From NCBI RefSeq assembly GCF_001194135.2, contig NC_068999.1, positions 30,811,983-30,875,982 on the forward strand: a DNA stretch of 64,000 nt, written 5' to 3'. The notes beneath the pieces are model-generated. The model had not been told where the DNA came from, did no database searches, and saw only the letters and a list, made by a program, of their open reading frames with translations. Below, piece after piece: positions 26,161 through 39,860 of the stretch. Each line of letters opens with the position of its first letter. Positions within the stretch are counted from its first letter, which is position 1. The position numbers and the translations under genes are program-made. The DNA comes from Octopus bimaculoides (lineage: Eukaryota).

Positions 26161-26927
26161 TCAATATTCTTTTCTCTGTTGGATTCCAAGTCAATTTTCG
26201 CCCCACCCACCACTAATGTCTAATTTGATAATTTTCAAGTTTAGAAAAAAAATGATGTCTAAAATGGAGTAAAATGAGTAATGTTTAATTTCAATAGTTT
26301 CTTCTCTTTAACTGTATGGTAGTAAATATATCACGAAGAGGACATTCCAGCAAATCATGAAGAAGCTATATTTAGTTGAGTTTTATTAATTTCATATCAT
26401 GTGTCATTTTCCCTGATCCTCTTTCATTTGACTTAGATATTTAAAATATTTTAATGCATTTTTGATCTTTCAGATGTCTAGGGATGGACATCGATGTGCG
26501 TGCGTCTATTTTCTGGAGAACTGAAGCCGCAAACTGCATTATCTTGTGTTACTTATTTTGCCCCAACCAGATTTGTCTTTTATATGCTCAAAGAGAATGG
26601 TGATCATTTTCTGAAATAGAGATCAGATTATGATATAATGCTTCTAATGCATTTAGAGAAGGCCATTTTCTTAGCTGATACTGATTTTGTAAGAACTATT
26701 TATGATAATATTGTGTTTAGTAACAAATACTAACCTGTATTAAAAATGCCTCATAGTGTGTACATACGTACATTCAGAGTTCATATTTCGCAAAGGTCAA
26801 CTTTGCTTTGCATCTTTTCGGGGTCAATTAAAGTAAGTACCAGCTAAGCACTGGGGTTGATGTAATCGACTTGCTCCTTCCTTGCTGGCCTTGTGCCAAA
26901 ATTTGAAACCAATGTTAGTACTCATAT

Positions 26928-26960
<33 letters not shown>

Positions 26961-27088
26961 NNNNNNNNNNNNNNNNNNNNNNNNNNNNNNNNNNNNNNNN
27001 NNNNNNNNNNNNNNNNNNNNNNNNNNNNNNNNNNNNNNNNNNNNNNNNNNNNNNNNNNNNNNNNNNNNNNNNNNNNNNNNNNNNNNNN

Positions 27089-27129
<41 letters not shown>

Positions 27130-30100
27130 CTCTGTAATAAAACAATGCATACGTCACAGGCTATACCATACTTAGTCTTAGCAACATATTTTATACCAAA
27201 ATGGCTCAACAAATATTTATGAAATTATGAATTACTAGGTTGTTATCTGTCGCTATGCTTCCAGTAAAAATATTTGTTACTCAAGCATGTACTTTCATAA
27301 ATTGTTCAAATAATGTCTAAAGCAGCTTTCTTGGTGAAGATTGATAACACTTTGAATACTGTTAAACAATAACATATATTTAAATGGTGCTAACACTACC
27401 TATCTATCTATCTTCTACACATACTCACTTACTCTCACTCTCGCTTTCTCACTATTTTTCTTACTCAACAACAACTTTTTCTCCTTCCCTTCTTCCTCCT
27501 TCTACATATATGTTATAACAGGGGTTATCTTCACTTTTGATTCATCCCCTTCTTCCTTTCTACACATATGCTGTGCTGGACAGACAGGCAGAGATCAGCC
27601 TGACTTTTATAATATAAGCTCTATAATATAAGATTAGGGCTGTGATACAAGTCTACAGAATGAACGGATGGCTGGATAGAGCAAGTATCTAATACATATG
27701 CACAATCTTACCTTAGTATGTTTCTGTTATATATTGTTTATAGATCCTTTGAGTGATATCTTTCATCAGGTAATGTAAAAAGATAGAGTCCATCTGTGAC
27801 TTGCAGTCATAAGACTGCCCAGAATGGGTTTACAGAATCATACATTTTGATGAAAATTATAGAAATTTAATTGTTAATCATTTCCAGTCTGGTCTGACTA
27901 ATCTGATTTGCTTGTGAGGAAAAACAAACTTTACCAAAGCTTGATTATCAATGATCTACTCAACAAACCACTCCTTGATTGTTAACTTTATCATATGATC
28001 AGTTACATTTAAAAATTAAGAAGATGATTCTATCCCTCGAGATTGTAGTTGTGAATTATCAAAGGAACAACTTTAGGCCTTATCTTTGGTGGTCAGTAGT
28101 TACTATTAGCATTGCATTTGTAGAAGAGTAGAGAAGTTGATTGACTCTGAATCTGTACAGATCACAAGAATCTAACTGTTTAATTAAAACAGAGTTTTGT
28201 GAAGCTTCATAGACATGATGGAATTTCTGCCCAAGGCTACAAATGTCAAATAATAATTTCTAGGATAATGTGCTGATATATCTCAGACAACAAGGTTATG
28301 GTGTAGTATAGTAAGACAACAGTGTAACACCATTAGTAGGATAGGTTAAGAAGATAGAAGGGGAGCATGAAATACTAACTGCATCAATTAAGAGAAGTAA
28401 TTTTTCCTTTAAGAAACATTTGAGATTTAAAAGAAAGAATTTTCTAAAAAATGTTTCACCTTTTCTTGTTTTGTCTTGTTTTCATTACTTTTAACTTCTT
28501 TTAACTTAATTTCTCTTAATTTATTCAGTTACAGTATTTCGTCCTTCTCCTTTATCTTCTTAACCTCTCCTACTAATGTCATTATCCTGTTGTCTTGATA
28601 TACTATAAATTGTTGGTTGTTGTTATGAAAGATTATGGAACGTAGATTCCCAGTTCAAATTTTGGACATAAATCCAGATTGATATACAGAAATTTAGTCT
28701 AAAATTAAGAAGCAAACATTTCACACCATTAAGTCAAATTTATATCCACTTTCTTATAATGTAAACCAGTTTGAAGATATCAACAACAGCAAGGAAAGAA
28801 GTATTTTGTTTGAATTTTTTTTTCTTTATAAAACAAATGTTCATATAAAAATCACTGAAACTAAATAATTTCCAGTCTTTTGTTAAGTATCTAATAAGCA
28901 TCCCTCCACACATACATACCAGAACATCCCACCTCCATACATAAGTCAGCTTTTTAATATTGTGAATGATATATCAGTGTTTGTCAGGCTAGACATGATG
29001 TACCACATCATTCAATTAACAACCCACTCAAGCCATAAGCAATGCCAGCCATGTTGCATAACTCTAGCAAGCCACATCAGACCCAAAACAGCACAACTTA
29101 CTATGATGGTAAAACAAAAAGTATGCGTTTGTTCAATAAAAAAGAAAACCCAATGATAATAAAGAAATGTTACAGTGAAATGTAATACAATTTGTTTTAA
29201 AAGCCTTTGTTTCAGCTGAGTGATGTTCTGTAGTTAAGTATCCTGATTGGTGAGAAAGAAGCACTAAGAGGAAGATTTATGGTAATAGCAGTAGATGTGA
29301 TTGTAGATAAAGAGAGATTAATGAAGGGTTCCATTTAGTTTCATTGATAGAACAGATAGAGATAATTTACTAGCAGTAATAACCAGGAAGAAATACAGAG
29401 ATTTGATGTAAATGGACACCAGCTTAAGATAGTCAAAAGAAGTTTAATTAAAATTACATGCTAATGAGAAGATAAATCATTAGCATAATGATTAATTTTG
29501 GTCAAGAAAGGCAGAGACTTAAATTGATTAAAAATTAAATAGGGAGGGTATGTAATGGTGGATGGAGATATATCTTTAATGAGTATTGTGACAACAAGGG
29601 TAAGTAATGGAGGGAAGGCTCTAATTTTTAGTAAGTTATATGACATTATGGGTTAATAGTAGGGGAAGTTTTAATCTTTGGTAAAAACTGACAATTCTGT
29701 ATATGCTAGACTTATTAGACCACTTCATTAAAGTATAGTTTTTATGATATTGTTTCCCTCACTATGGAGCCCTTTGACAGACCATGTGGATGAAACAACC
29801 GAGGAAACTAACTAGATGATACATGTGGCTTAAGCAACAGAAAATTTCCAGTTCTATCCATATTAAATAAGGCCTTACTAGGTCGAAACTGTAAGTCTTC
29901 AGTTATCTGAACCTTATGTAAATCCCTATTCCTCTGCCCAGCACCTAGCGAAAGTGTATTCTACTGTAGCCCCAGACCAACCAAAGTCTTGTGAGTGGTA
30001 GACATCTTGTCTATGGTAGAAGAAAACTGAAATAAGGCATGGTATATGCATAGCTGTGGTTGCATTGTAAAAAGTTTACTTCCTAACCACATGATCCTGG

Positions 30101-30188
30101 ATTCAACTCCATTATGTCTTCTGCTATAGTTCCAGGCCAATCAAAACTTTGTGAGTTGATAGAAACTGAAAGAAACCTTACGCATGTA

Positions 30189-30244
<56 letters not shown>

Positions 30245-30248
<4 letters not shown>

Positions 30249-31045
30249 GCTACATGGCAGTGAAACATGGGCTGTAACTGCTGAGGACATACGTAAGCTC
30301 GCAAGGAATGAAGCCAGTATGCTCCGTTGGATGTGTAATGTCAATGTGAATACCCGTCAGAGTGTAAGTATCTTGAGAGAAAAGCTGAACATTAGAAGCA
30401 TCAGTTGTGGTGTGCAAGAGAGACGATTGCGCTGGTATGGACATGTGGTGAGAATGGATGAGGATAGCTGCGTGAAAAAGTGCCACACCCTAACAGTNNN
30501 NNNNNNNNNNNNNNNNNNNNNNNNNNNNNNNNNNNNNNNNNNNNNNNNNNNNNNNNNNNNNNNNNNNNNNNNNNNNNNNNNNNNNNNNNNNNNNNNNNNN
30601 NNNNNNNNNNNNNNNNNNNNNNNNNNNNNNNNNNNNNNNNNNNNNNNNNNNNNNNNNNNNNNNNNNNNNNNNNNNNNNNNNNNNNNNNNNNNNNNNNNNN
30701 NNNNNNNNNNNNNNNNNNNNNNNNNNNNNNNNNNNNNNNNNNNNNNNNNNNNNNNNNNNNNNNNNNNNNNNNNNNNNNNNNNNNNNNNNNNNNNNNNNNN
30801 NNNNNNNNNNNNNNNNNNNNNNNNNGTGGCACATAAAAGACACCATTTCGAGCGTGGCCGTTTTCGTGCGGGTGACACGTAAAAGCACCCACTACACTCT
30901 CTGAGTGGTTGGCGTTAGGAAGGGCATCCAGCTGTAGAAACTCTGCCAAATTAGACTGGAGCCTGGTGTTGCCATCCGGTTTCACCAGTCCTCAGTCAAA
31001 TCGTCCAACCCATGCTAGCATGGAAAGCGGACGTTAAACGATGAT
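30245..31045 (+). mobile_element. 5'-truncated RTE LINE spanning a gap, with (GAT)n tail
   Basis: MLHGSETWAVTAEDIRKLARNEASMLRW...QERRLRWYGHVVRMDEDSCVKKCH, then 3' UTR ending gttaaacgatgatgat. Confidence 0.9.
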
Positions 31046-31061
31046 GATAATGATGATGATG

Positions 31062-31113
<52 letters not shown>

Positions 31114-32108
31114 TAGGTTTTTTATTCTCCATGAAAAACATATCTAGCTATTAGAAAATATTATCTTGCTTGGAAACAAGTGAGGGTTGGTGAAAGAAAG
31201 AGCATCCAGTCATAGAAAATCTGCCTCAACAAATTCCATCTGATTCTTGCGAGTATGGAAAAGTGTACATTAAATGATGATGAAATTATTGTAAAACAAC
31301 GTTATAGAAAATGAAATATTCCAAAATAATTAGCTATAAGTGAACTTGAAAGTTTAACCATTGGTTGCTGTTATTGCTCACCTGAATTCACTTTTGATCA
31401 ATAATATTTCAATCATAATCATCTTAGTTTTCTTGAGAGAACTGTGTATCAAGGACTACAATAATGAACATCTTTCCAAGACAGGAAGCTTAGCTGCTAT
31501 TTCCAGTATGCTGAATAGAGTGCTTCAACTTTGAATATTGACTACAAGAGTATAGAAATATGCAATTCCCACAAGAATCAGCATGTCTTGAATATATTAA
31601 AGTACATGGTTACCAAGGAAGTTATCTCCCTCCAAGTAGACTATTTTTAGCCTGAATCTTAACCGCATTTTCAGTCAAAGCACTATCAACAAGTTATTCT
31701 GGAATTTGTCAATGAAATTCCTTCATCTTGTTTCAGAAATGTTTAATGAATGTTAATTGACTGGTGGATTCTCAAAAGACTTGACCAATTTGCAGCTGTC
31801 TCTTGGAAAATAGACAGAATTTATTTTTATTTGATATGTTTTACTCCATTTTGTCTCTGGAAAAATATAAAAAAGTGGAAGAAATAGAAGCTTGTCTTTA
31901 TCTAAATAATTCTATCTGAAATACACGAAGCCTTGGCATATCAGGATATCATATGAAGTTGTTATAATGTGGATCCTCGTCCACTTGTTTGTTGTCATCA
32001 ACACTGTAATATTCTTGTTGCCACTATTATGTTGTGGTGGTATTTCGCATCTTATTATCTTTGACTTGTCTATCGTACTATCACTGATAGCTCCACAAGA
32101 CAATGACT

Positions 32109-32293
32109 TGTAATGTATAACTTCACGGTAACTCAAAACTCGTATATATCACACAACTGACTCTGACTCTAACTGGGAACTCATACAATGACTCTACTAC
32201 TACTGACCTCCTACAACAACTGACTGTCTGACTTCATAGTGACTGTGTTATACCACTTTGTCATGTGGGAAGGAGTGTACCATTTTCACTACA
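32109..32293 (-). repeat. 3' LTR of the Gypsy element
   Basis: Starts TGTAGTG on the minus strand, directly after the polypurine tract aaaagggtagata. Homologous to 36295-36634. Left boundary uncertain; no TSD found. Confidence 0.75.
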
Positions 32294-35200
32294 ATATCTA
32301 CCCTTTTAGTTTTTTTCTTCAGGAAGCAAGTAATTTTATTTTACTTTATTCACCCTTGCTCCCCTTTTTAGTGATTTTTTCCCCCTCCAACTTAATACTT
32401 TTTCTTTTTGGTGTTTATTTATAGGAACTCTGTGTTCTACTTGTACACATGGATTCAACCATCTGTAATGATGTTGGTATCTGGAATGTGTCATACAGCC
32501 ATTCCATAGGTTCTTCCAATCTGTCTGGTTCATTCTCTTTGAACCTCTTCTTTAATTGGTTTCTGTTTCTTTTTTCAATGCCTTTTCTGCTTTTAATGCC
32601 ATACATCATTTTTCCTATGTACTTTCTAATTTTTCCGATGTACTTTCTAATTTTTCCTTCTTCCCAGTATTGTTTTCCATTTTTATATGACCTTTGGATT
32701 GTCTTTCCTGGTACTTTTTCTTTCCCCACCAGCTAACAGTTTATCAAAAACTGCTTTCACTTTCCTTGCAAACATCATTTCAGCTGGTGAGCTTCCTGCT
32801 GGTGTATTGGGATTTGGTGTCACCCTGTATTCCCTTAGAAATTGCTGCAGAGTGACTTTGTCTGTGGTTTCCTTGTTCGCTTTGCTCAAAGTTCTTTTAA
32901 AAGTGCCCACAAAATGCTCTGCTTGTCCATTTGATCTGGGATGGTAAGGTATTATCGTTTTATGTTCTACCATGAACATTTCACAGAATTTTCTAAATTC
33001 ACTGGACCCAAATTGTGTTCCATTATCATATACATTTGCATTTGGGATGCCAAATCTTGCAAATAATTCATGTATAATATTTATTACAAATGAGGCAGTT
33101 GGTCTTTTGCACTTAATTTCCAGCCATTTTGTAAAACTCAACTACTACTAAGTAGTAATAACCATTTAATGGACCTGCAAAATTGATGTGTAGTCTTGTC
33201 CATGGACTTTTTACTCTGGCCAAGGCACCCATTTTTGAGTTGGCAATTTCACTGCCAGAGTATATCCTCTGCAGCCTTTTACTACGTTTTCAACTGCCTT
33301 GTCCATCTCTGGCCAATATACATAACTGCACATAAGAGCTTTCATCCTTGTGATCCCTGGATGTCGAATATAGAATTCTTTTAACATGCTTTTTTGTAGA
33401 GTCTCGGGTATCACTACCCTTTGACAATATATGAGTACGCCATCGCATGTCAAATATGTTTACATCTTGTTGTTTTTACTTACTGAACCTTTTCTTTTTG
33501 TTTTCTTTCGCTGACCACAGAGTTTCTTTTGTTTCATTAATGAATTTGTCTTTTGACGCGTGTCACTTTATCTCCTCCAGAGTTAGTGGTAACTCTTGTG
33601 CAATGTTCCACATTATGTGTTTAATTTCCCCTTCAGATCTTAGGAATGCTATTACCATGTCCTCGAATGGCTCGCCATTTCTGGGTATTGATCTGGATAG
33701 GCCTAGCTTTTTCAAAGGTAAATATCCCATTGCATTGTTGCAGTAGAAGATTGGTTCACTAGTACATACAGTTTGCTGTATGTACTAGGATCCCTTTCTT
33801 GGATCCTTAAATTGTTAGCAGCGGGCGATGGTCTGTTTGTAGTCTAAACCGTCTACCATGTATAAACCTGTGGAACTTTTTTATGCTAAGTGTAATTGTC
33901 AATGCCTCTTTTTCAATTTGGCTACAATTTTTTTCTGCTGGCAATAGCATCCTTGATGCATGAGCTATGGCCTTTAGATTGCTATCTTCACATTTGTGTA
34001 GGAGTATGGCACCTACACCTTACTCATTAGTATCTGTTGCTTGTATTGTTTCCAACTTCAGATCAAAGTGTATAAGTGGCAAGTCTGAAGTTAATATGTT
34101 CCTCAAATGCCTTCTGACATTTTTCTGACAAAAATCATTTGGCATCCTTTTTTAGTGGAGCCCATGTGTCGTATATGTTTGGGATAAATACTTGATAGTA
34201 ATTTACCAAGCCTAAGAATGCTTGTAACAATTACATGTTCGTTGGGGGAGGCATATTCTATAATGCCATTGCTCTTGATGGGCCTGGTCTTTGTACCCTT
34301 TCATCAATTACTTGATCCAAATATTAGATTCTTTTTCATCAAAAGTTCACACTTTTCCTCTGTTAGTCTAAACATGTATTCATTTATTTTTCTGTATACT
34401 TTTTATATGTTCAAAGTGTTGCTCCACTGACTCACTCTTTATCCAAATATCATCAAGATAAGCGATAGTGAAGTCGCAATCATTTAGCATTGCATCCATC
34501 ACATGTTGGAATATGGCAGGTGCCACTTTTACTCCAAAAGGAAGCTGCTTGAATTTATACAATCCATGGTATGTGTTGATTGTTAAAAAATGTATGCAAT
34601 CTTCTTCTACCTGTATCTGTAGATAGCCTTCTAAGATGTCTAACTTGGAGAAAATTTTTCCTCCATTTAGTTTTGAGAACACTTCTGGGCTTGGTAATAG
34701 ATAGTTGTGATTTAGCAAACAGTCATTTAATCCAGTTGAAAAGTCCACACATACTCTTAGTTTATTATTTTTTTCTTTACATAAACCGTTGGAGTTTCCC
34801 AGTCTGAATGGTTGACACTTTTTCAATTATAGCTAGATTTTCTAGTCTTTCTAGCACTGGCCTGGTCCAATTCCACAAATGGCACATTCCATTTGGGCCT
34901 AAAAACAGGTGTTGCCTTTTCTTTTACCGTGATCTTCACTTTTGTCTTAGTACAACAGCCAAATCCTTTCAAAAATACATTTGGAAACAATTGTTTTTTT
35001 TGTCTCAGTTGTTTGACTTCATTCAAACTTTTAACTGTGCTAACTACATTTCCACAGAGAACACTAATAGGGGTATCCCACATTTTAAATAACTCTATGC
35101 ATTCTGTGCCAAATAGGTTTGGTGACTTTTTCAACACATAAACGATTGTCCTTTTCATTTCACCTCAACAAGTTACATTGCCAATGAAACATAATTTCTT

Positions 35201-36294
35201 TCCTGTAACACCATATGCTACTTTATTTGACTTAAATAATTTCAGCTTACTGATTTGGCACCATGTTTCTTCATTTATGATAGTGATGCCACTACCCATG
35301 TCTAATTGTGTTTTGACACTAGTGATTTCGATTCTCACCTTGATGAATTTTCTGTTCATTGTATAAACTTTTTTCTCTGATGACAAACTATTTATTTTTT
35401 CTTGTTTGATCTAATTTTTCATGATCTTAGTTCTGCAGTGTGGTTTAATGTGTCCTGTGTCCACGCTACAAAAACACTTCGCTTTTCCGAATGGACACTC
35501 TTTTCTCAGGTGCCTACCATCACATGTCATACATGGGTTTATCTCCTGATATATATCATGTTTTTTGTGAAACACTTTATCTGTCTTCTGACATTTTCAC
35601 ACTGGTTTTGTCGGTAAACAATCTCTGTGCTGGATTTGTGTCGTGCCTTACTTTTAATATCCTATTGCACTCTTCTAACAGTTTCTGGAGAGTTATACCC
35701 TGGCTCATTTCCAGTTTTAAGCGAATTTTCATCCTGACTTCTGTGTTCTTTTTAGCAATAAATCCCTGATCAAAAATCAGACACTTGAACAAGTCTGGAG
35801 TTAGTTTATCCAGTTTAAATCTCTTGCACTCTCTGTTCACTCTACCCACATATGTGGTAAAATCTTTATCATTGCTTTTCTCAGTGATCAAACATTTGCA
35901 ATGCATGTTGAACAACGATGTTTTTCATTAAACATCTTGCATAAAGTGTCAATTGTATCTGTGAAATTTATATCAGAAACTTTTTTAGGCAATATAAAGT
36001 CATAGTATTTTTCATACTCCGTCACCAATTTCCTTAGAATTAGATGCATTCTCATTTCGTTCATCCAGTCTTGGCATTCTTTTTTGAAAATTTGTTCAAA
36101 TCTTTGGTAATATGCCTCAAAAGTGATTCCTTTTTCCAAGTCGTATTTAAATTCATTTATTGAATTTGATACTTTGATACATGGTCCGGTAAAAACATAT
36201 TTTCCAGTTTTGTTACCAACTTTATTGTTGTTCTTTGAATTGTTGTTGCTGCTTTTGCAACTCAACTAAACTCTCTAACAAGCTTTCCATAATG

Positions 36295-36634
36295 AACTCG
36301 TATATATCATATAACTGACTCTGACTCAAACTGAGAATTCGTATATATCATATAACTGACTCTGACTCAAACTGAGAATTCGTATATATCACATAACTGA
36401 CTCTGACTCAAACTGAGAATTCGTATATATCACATNNNNNNNNNNTATCATATAACTGACTCTGACTCAAACTGAGAATTCGTATATATCACATAACTGA
36501 CTCTGACTCAAACTGAGAATTCGTATATATCACATAACTGACTCTGACTCAAACTGAGAATTCGTACAATGACTCTACTACTACTGACCTCCTACACTTT
36601 ATCAAGTGGGAAGGAGTGTACCATTTTCACTACA
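36295..36634 (-). repeat. 5' LTR containing a 41-bp tandem array (at least 6 units, gap inside)
   Basis: Units at 36301, 36342, 36383, 36424, 36483, 36524. Ends ...gtgggaaggagtgtaccattttcactaca, as in the other LTR. Confidence 0.85.
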
Positions 36635-37989
36635 ACAGAAGTTGTAACGTATTCACTCAGAGCTTAAGGTTTGCAGAAAAGGCAATTACATGCTTGTATG
36701 CATATGTCTGTGCATTTGCACACACACAAGCACACACATACACCCCCCCCCCCCACACATATATATGTATTCTTTTATTGGTTTCAGTCATTGGTGCGTG
36801 GCCATGCTGGGACACCATCTTCAAAAATTTAGTCAATCATATCAATCTCAGTACTTACTCTGGTAGTTATTTTATCAGTATTTGTCAAATATTTAAGTTA
36901 AAGGATCATCATCATCATCTAACGTTTGTTTTCCATGCTGTCATGGGTTATAAATGTAAATACACACAATGACATGAATTTTTTTGGTAAACCGTTTCTG
37001 TTTTCTAAATTTTGATCACAAAGCATGATCTGATCTGAGGTTGTAGTAGAAGATACTTGAACAAGGTATCAGGCTGTGGAACCAAACCCTGGAATCTAAT
37101 TGTTGCATATTTTGCTTCTTAAGCACACAACTACACATGTGCATACTCACATGAATGTATGGATGGATGAACGGATGGACAGAGGGATGGGTGTGGATTT
37201 AGATGGATGGATCTAAACATCTTTGTACTAATATATTAATGCACAAATATATTTCTTCATGCTTTTATGTGTTTCATTAACAAATAATTAGAAAGTCTGC
37301 TAACCAGTTTAATTTAATGTTGTCTTGACTTAAGTTTAGAAGAAAAGGATTTATGGTTTGTATAGGAAGATGGAGGCGTAGCTATGGCAGACGGATATGA
37401 GTAAAGAAGAAGGTAAATGGAAATTGATGAAGACAAATGCCATGGGTGGAATTCAAACCTGCTTTAGTTCTATAAATACAGTGGAAGGGTTAAAAGATGA
37501 CTGTTATTTTGTGGTTGATATAAAAAGTTTCAGTGTGTTATTTTGTGCAGATGTGTAGAGTGGACTTGCTACAATAACGGAAGATGTTATTTTGTATGGA
37601 TGTAGAGTAAGGGTGGGTAAAGCACATGAAAGTGTGTATTAAAGAATATTTCTATTTATTCATTGATGATTTCAGTTTTATAACTTGTAGTTTACTTACA
37701 ACTCACAAGATGTTTCATCGCAAATTACTTTGCATACCATAAAGACGTGTTTCTAAAGAAACTGACTGAAATCATCAACCATACAATGGTTATAAAGTAG
37801 TCTTTTGCCACTGTTGTATCTGTCTTTTGACAACAGTTATTGCTCTGACAGATATTAGTATATTCCAAAGTCATCAGTAGAATGCTTCTATCTGGCACTG
37901 TATGACCCCCAGTCATACAGTGTTATTATCCTCAAAAGGCTGGATCGATATAATGTCCACTCAGTATCACAGTATAATTACTATATCAG

Positions 37990-38150
37990 CACAGACATGA
38001 CTATCAACTCAGTCTACATGTACTCTCATACTCTATGTACTCTCTCAATACTGGATGACATCACCTTACATATAGTGACTGACTCATTCCACTCATCAAG
38101 TGGGAGGGGTTTACCATTATTACTAATTCCCTACAACACAACTATACCCA
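37990..38150 (-). mobile_element. Possible diverged LTR relic related to the Gypsy LTRs
   Basis: catcaagtgggaggggtttaccatt resembles tatcaagtgggaaggagtgtaccatt (36600-36625). Confidence 0.35.
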
Positions 38151-38229
38151 AGACCAACAAATTACAGAGCAAATGGAACCTAAAAGTTCAATAAGCATGG
38201 ATCACATATTTTATCACCCAGTAAATGTA

Positions 38230-38284
<55 letters not shown>

Positions 38285-38329
38285 TCACTTCTTGATCTGA
38301 CAGGTAGAACCCTTTGAGGAGTTTGTAAG

Positions 38330-39210
38330 CTGATAAGGGTGGAGGCTGCAAATGTTAAAGAGTGCTATGGGGGATGCTATGTGCTTAAAAGAGTTGATAT
38401 GGTGGGTTCTGAGGAGGCTAGGAGTACATGAATGGCTTGTGGTTAACTCTCAATAAGGTGAGAGTTAACCATGAATTTGGTGTACAAGTAGGTTTTCATC
38501 AAGGCTCAATCCTCAGTCCCCTACTTTTCATCATTGTTCTCCAGGCCATAACGGGGGAATTCAAGACTGGCAGCCTCTGGGAACTACTATATGCTGACAA
38601 TCTTGCCTGCACAGCAGATTGTATATCAGAGCTAGAAAAGAAATTTCTGGTGTAGAAGCAAGATCTGGAATTTAAAGGCCTTAAGGTTAACTTAGCAAAG
38701 ACTAAGGTCTTAGTAAGCAGAAAAACAGACAGGACCCTACCCTGCTTCAGGTAAGTGGTCACTTGATTTGTAGGAAAGGTGTAGGCAGGAATTTCATTCA
38801 GTGTATCCAGTGTAAACTATGGACACAGAAAAGGTGCAATGGAATAATAAGAAGGTCATCAGAGAAAGTAGTGTTTATATGTGAAAGATGCATAGCAGCC
38901 ATAAAAACTACAGATACTCAGGAAATCTATTTTCTCAAATGCCTCAGAGACTCTTTAGAGGTACTGAATAATTTCTGCTACCTAGGAGACGAAATTAGTA
39001 GTAGTGGAGGTTGTACAGAGAGTGCAATAATTAGAATAATGATAGGGTAGAGGAAATTCAGAGAGCTTTTATCCCTGTTGGCAGCCAAAAGTTTCTCTAA
39101 GTGAAAGGAAAATTGTGTGATGCATGCATATAAACAACAATTCTACATGGTAGCGAGATGTGGGCCTTGAATGCAGAGGACATGCAAAGGCTAGAGAGAA
39201 ATATTAAAAG
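38330..39210 (+). mobile_element. Older RTE LINE fragment (RT core to thumb)
   Basis: GFHQGSILSPLLFIIV...ELLYADNL; Cys-rich ICRKGVGRNFIQCIQCKLWTQKRC; FCYLGDEI. Confidence 0.9.
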
Positions 39211-39599
39211 GTTAAGAAAATCAAATAACTTCAATTTCGTTGTCAAAATCTAGTGCCTTTTAGCCTTTCTTCTATCAAAATTAATGAAATGAAACCATAC
39301 GAATGAAGTAATTACCTCATCTTATTACATGTGGAAGGTTAAAAATAATTTTAACAACAGAAGAAAGTCTTTTTGATGAAGTCATACTTAGGGATAAAAC
39401 ATCTCTAGCTCTAATAATTACCAAGCTGTTGTTATTTCACTTCTTTGTTTTGTGGAAAAACAACTGTATTCAATGTGCAGTGGAATCAAAATTCCAACAG
39501 ATAGAACTACTTTAATGGATGTTTTACTTAAAATCAAATTGTATTATTCAATAAAACTGTTGTTCTTTGAAATTTCAGATGCTTGCTAAATGTGTGTGT

Positions 39600-39860
39600 G
39601 TGAAGGCATATGGCTTTACTGGGCTCCTTTTTGGGGCAATTAGTCTTTGGACTGTGCAGCATGTTATGTCCTTGAGCAAAGTACTTCACTTCATGGAGTT
39701 TTAGTTCACTCAGTTGAAAATTAGGGTATCAGTGGTAGTGAAGACGGGACGGGGTTAATCCTGTTACAGATTGGCATACCAATTAGATGGAAGTCCTGGA
39801 CTCTTAGTAGCTTAAACACCATGGAAATTAGGAAGAGCTCTTGCTTAATGAGTCTTTAGC
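39600..39860 (+). mobile_element. Diverged SINE
   Basis: Starts gaaggcatatggc and contains tgtccttgagcaaagtacttcact...ccagttcactcagttg-like core, similar to the SINE at 14860-15210. Confidence 0.6.

Larger units (their letters stand above)
32109..36634 (-). mobile_element. Gypsy (Mag-like) LTR retrotransposon, near-complete but disabled
   Basis: gag with paired Cys/His knuckles (CMTCDGRHLRKECPFGKAKCFCSVDTGHIKPHC); protease QLDMGSGITII; RT LRVCVDF...FSKLDILEGYLQI...AYLDDI; RNase H TDHRPL; integrase HPGITRM...YDNGTQF...PYHPRSNGQAE. Both ends carry LTR copies. Confidence 0.92.

Noticed and set aside
36301-36565. CRISPR-like appearance of regular repeats
   Set aside because: Units are directly tandem with no unique spacers, lie inside an LTR, and there are no cas genes in this eukaryotic context.
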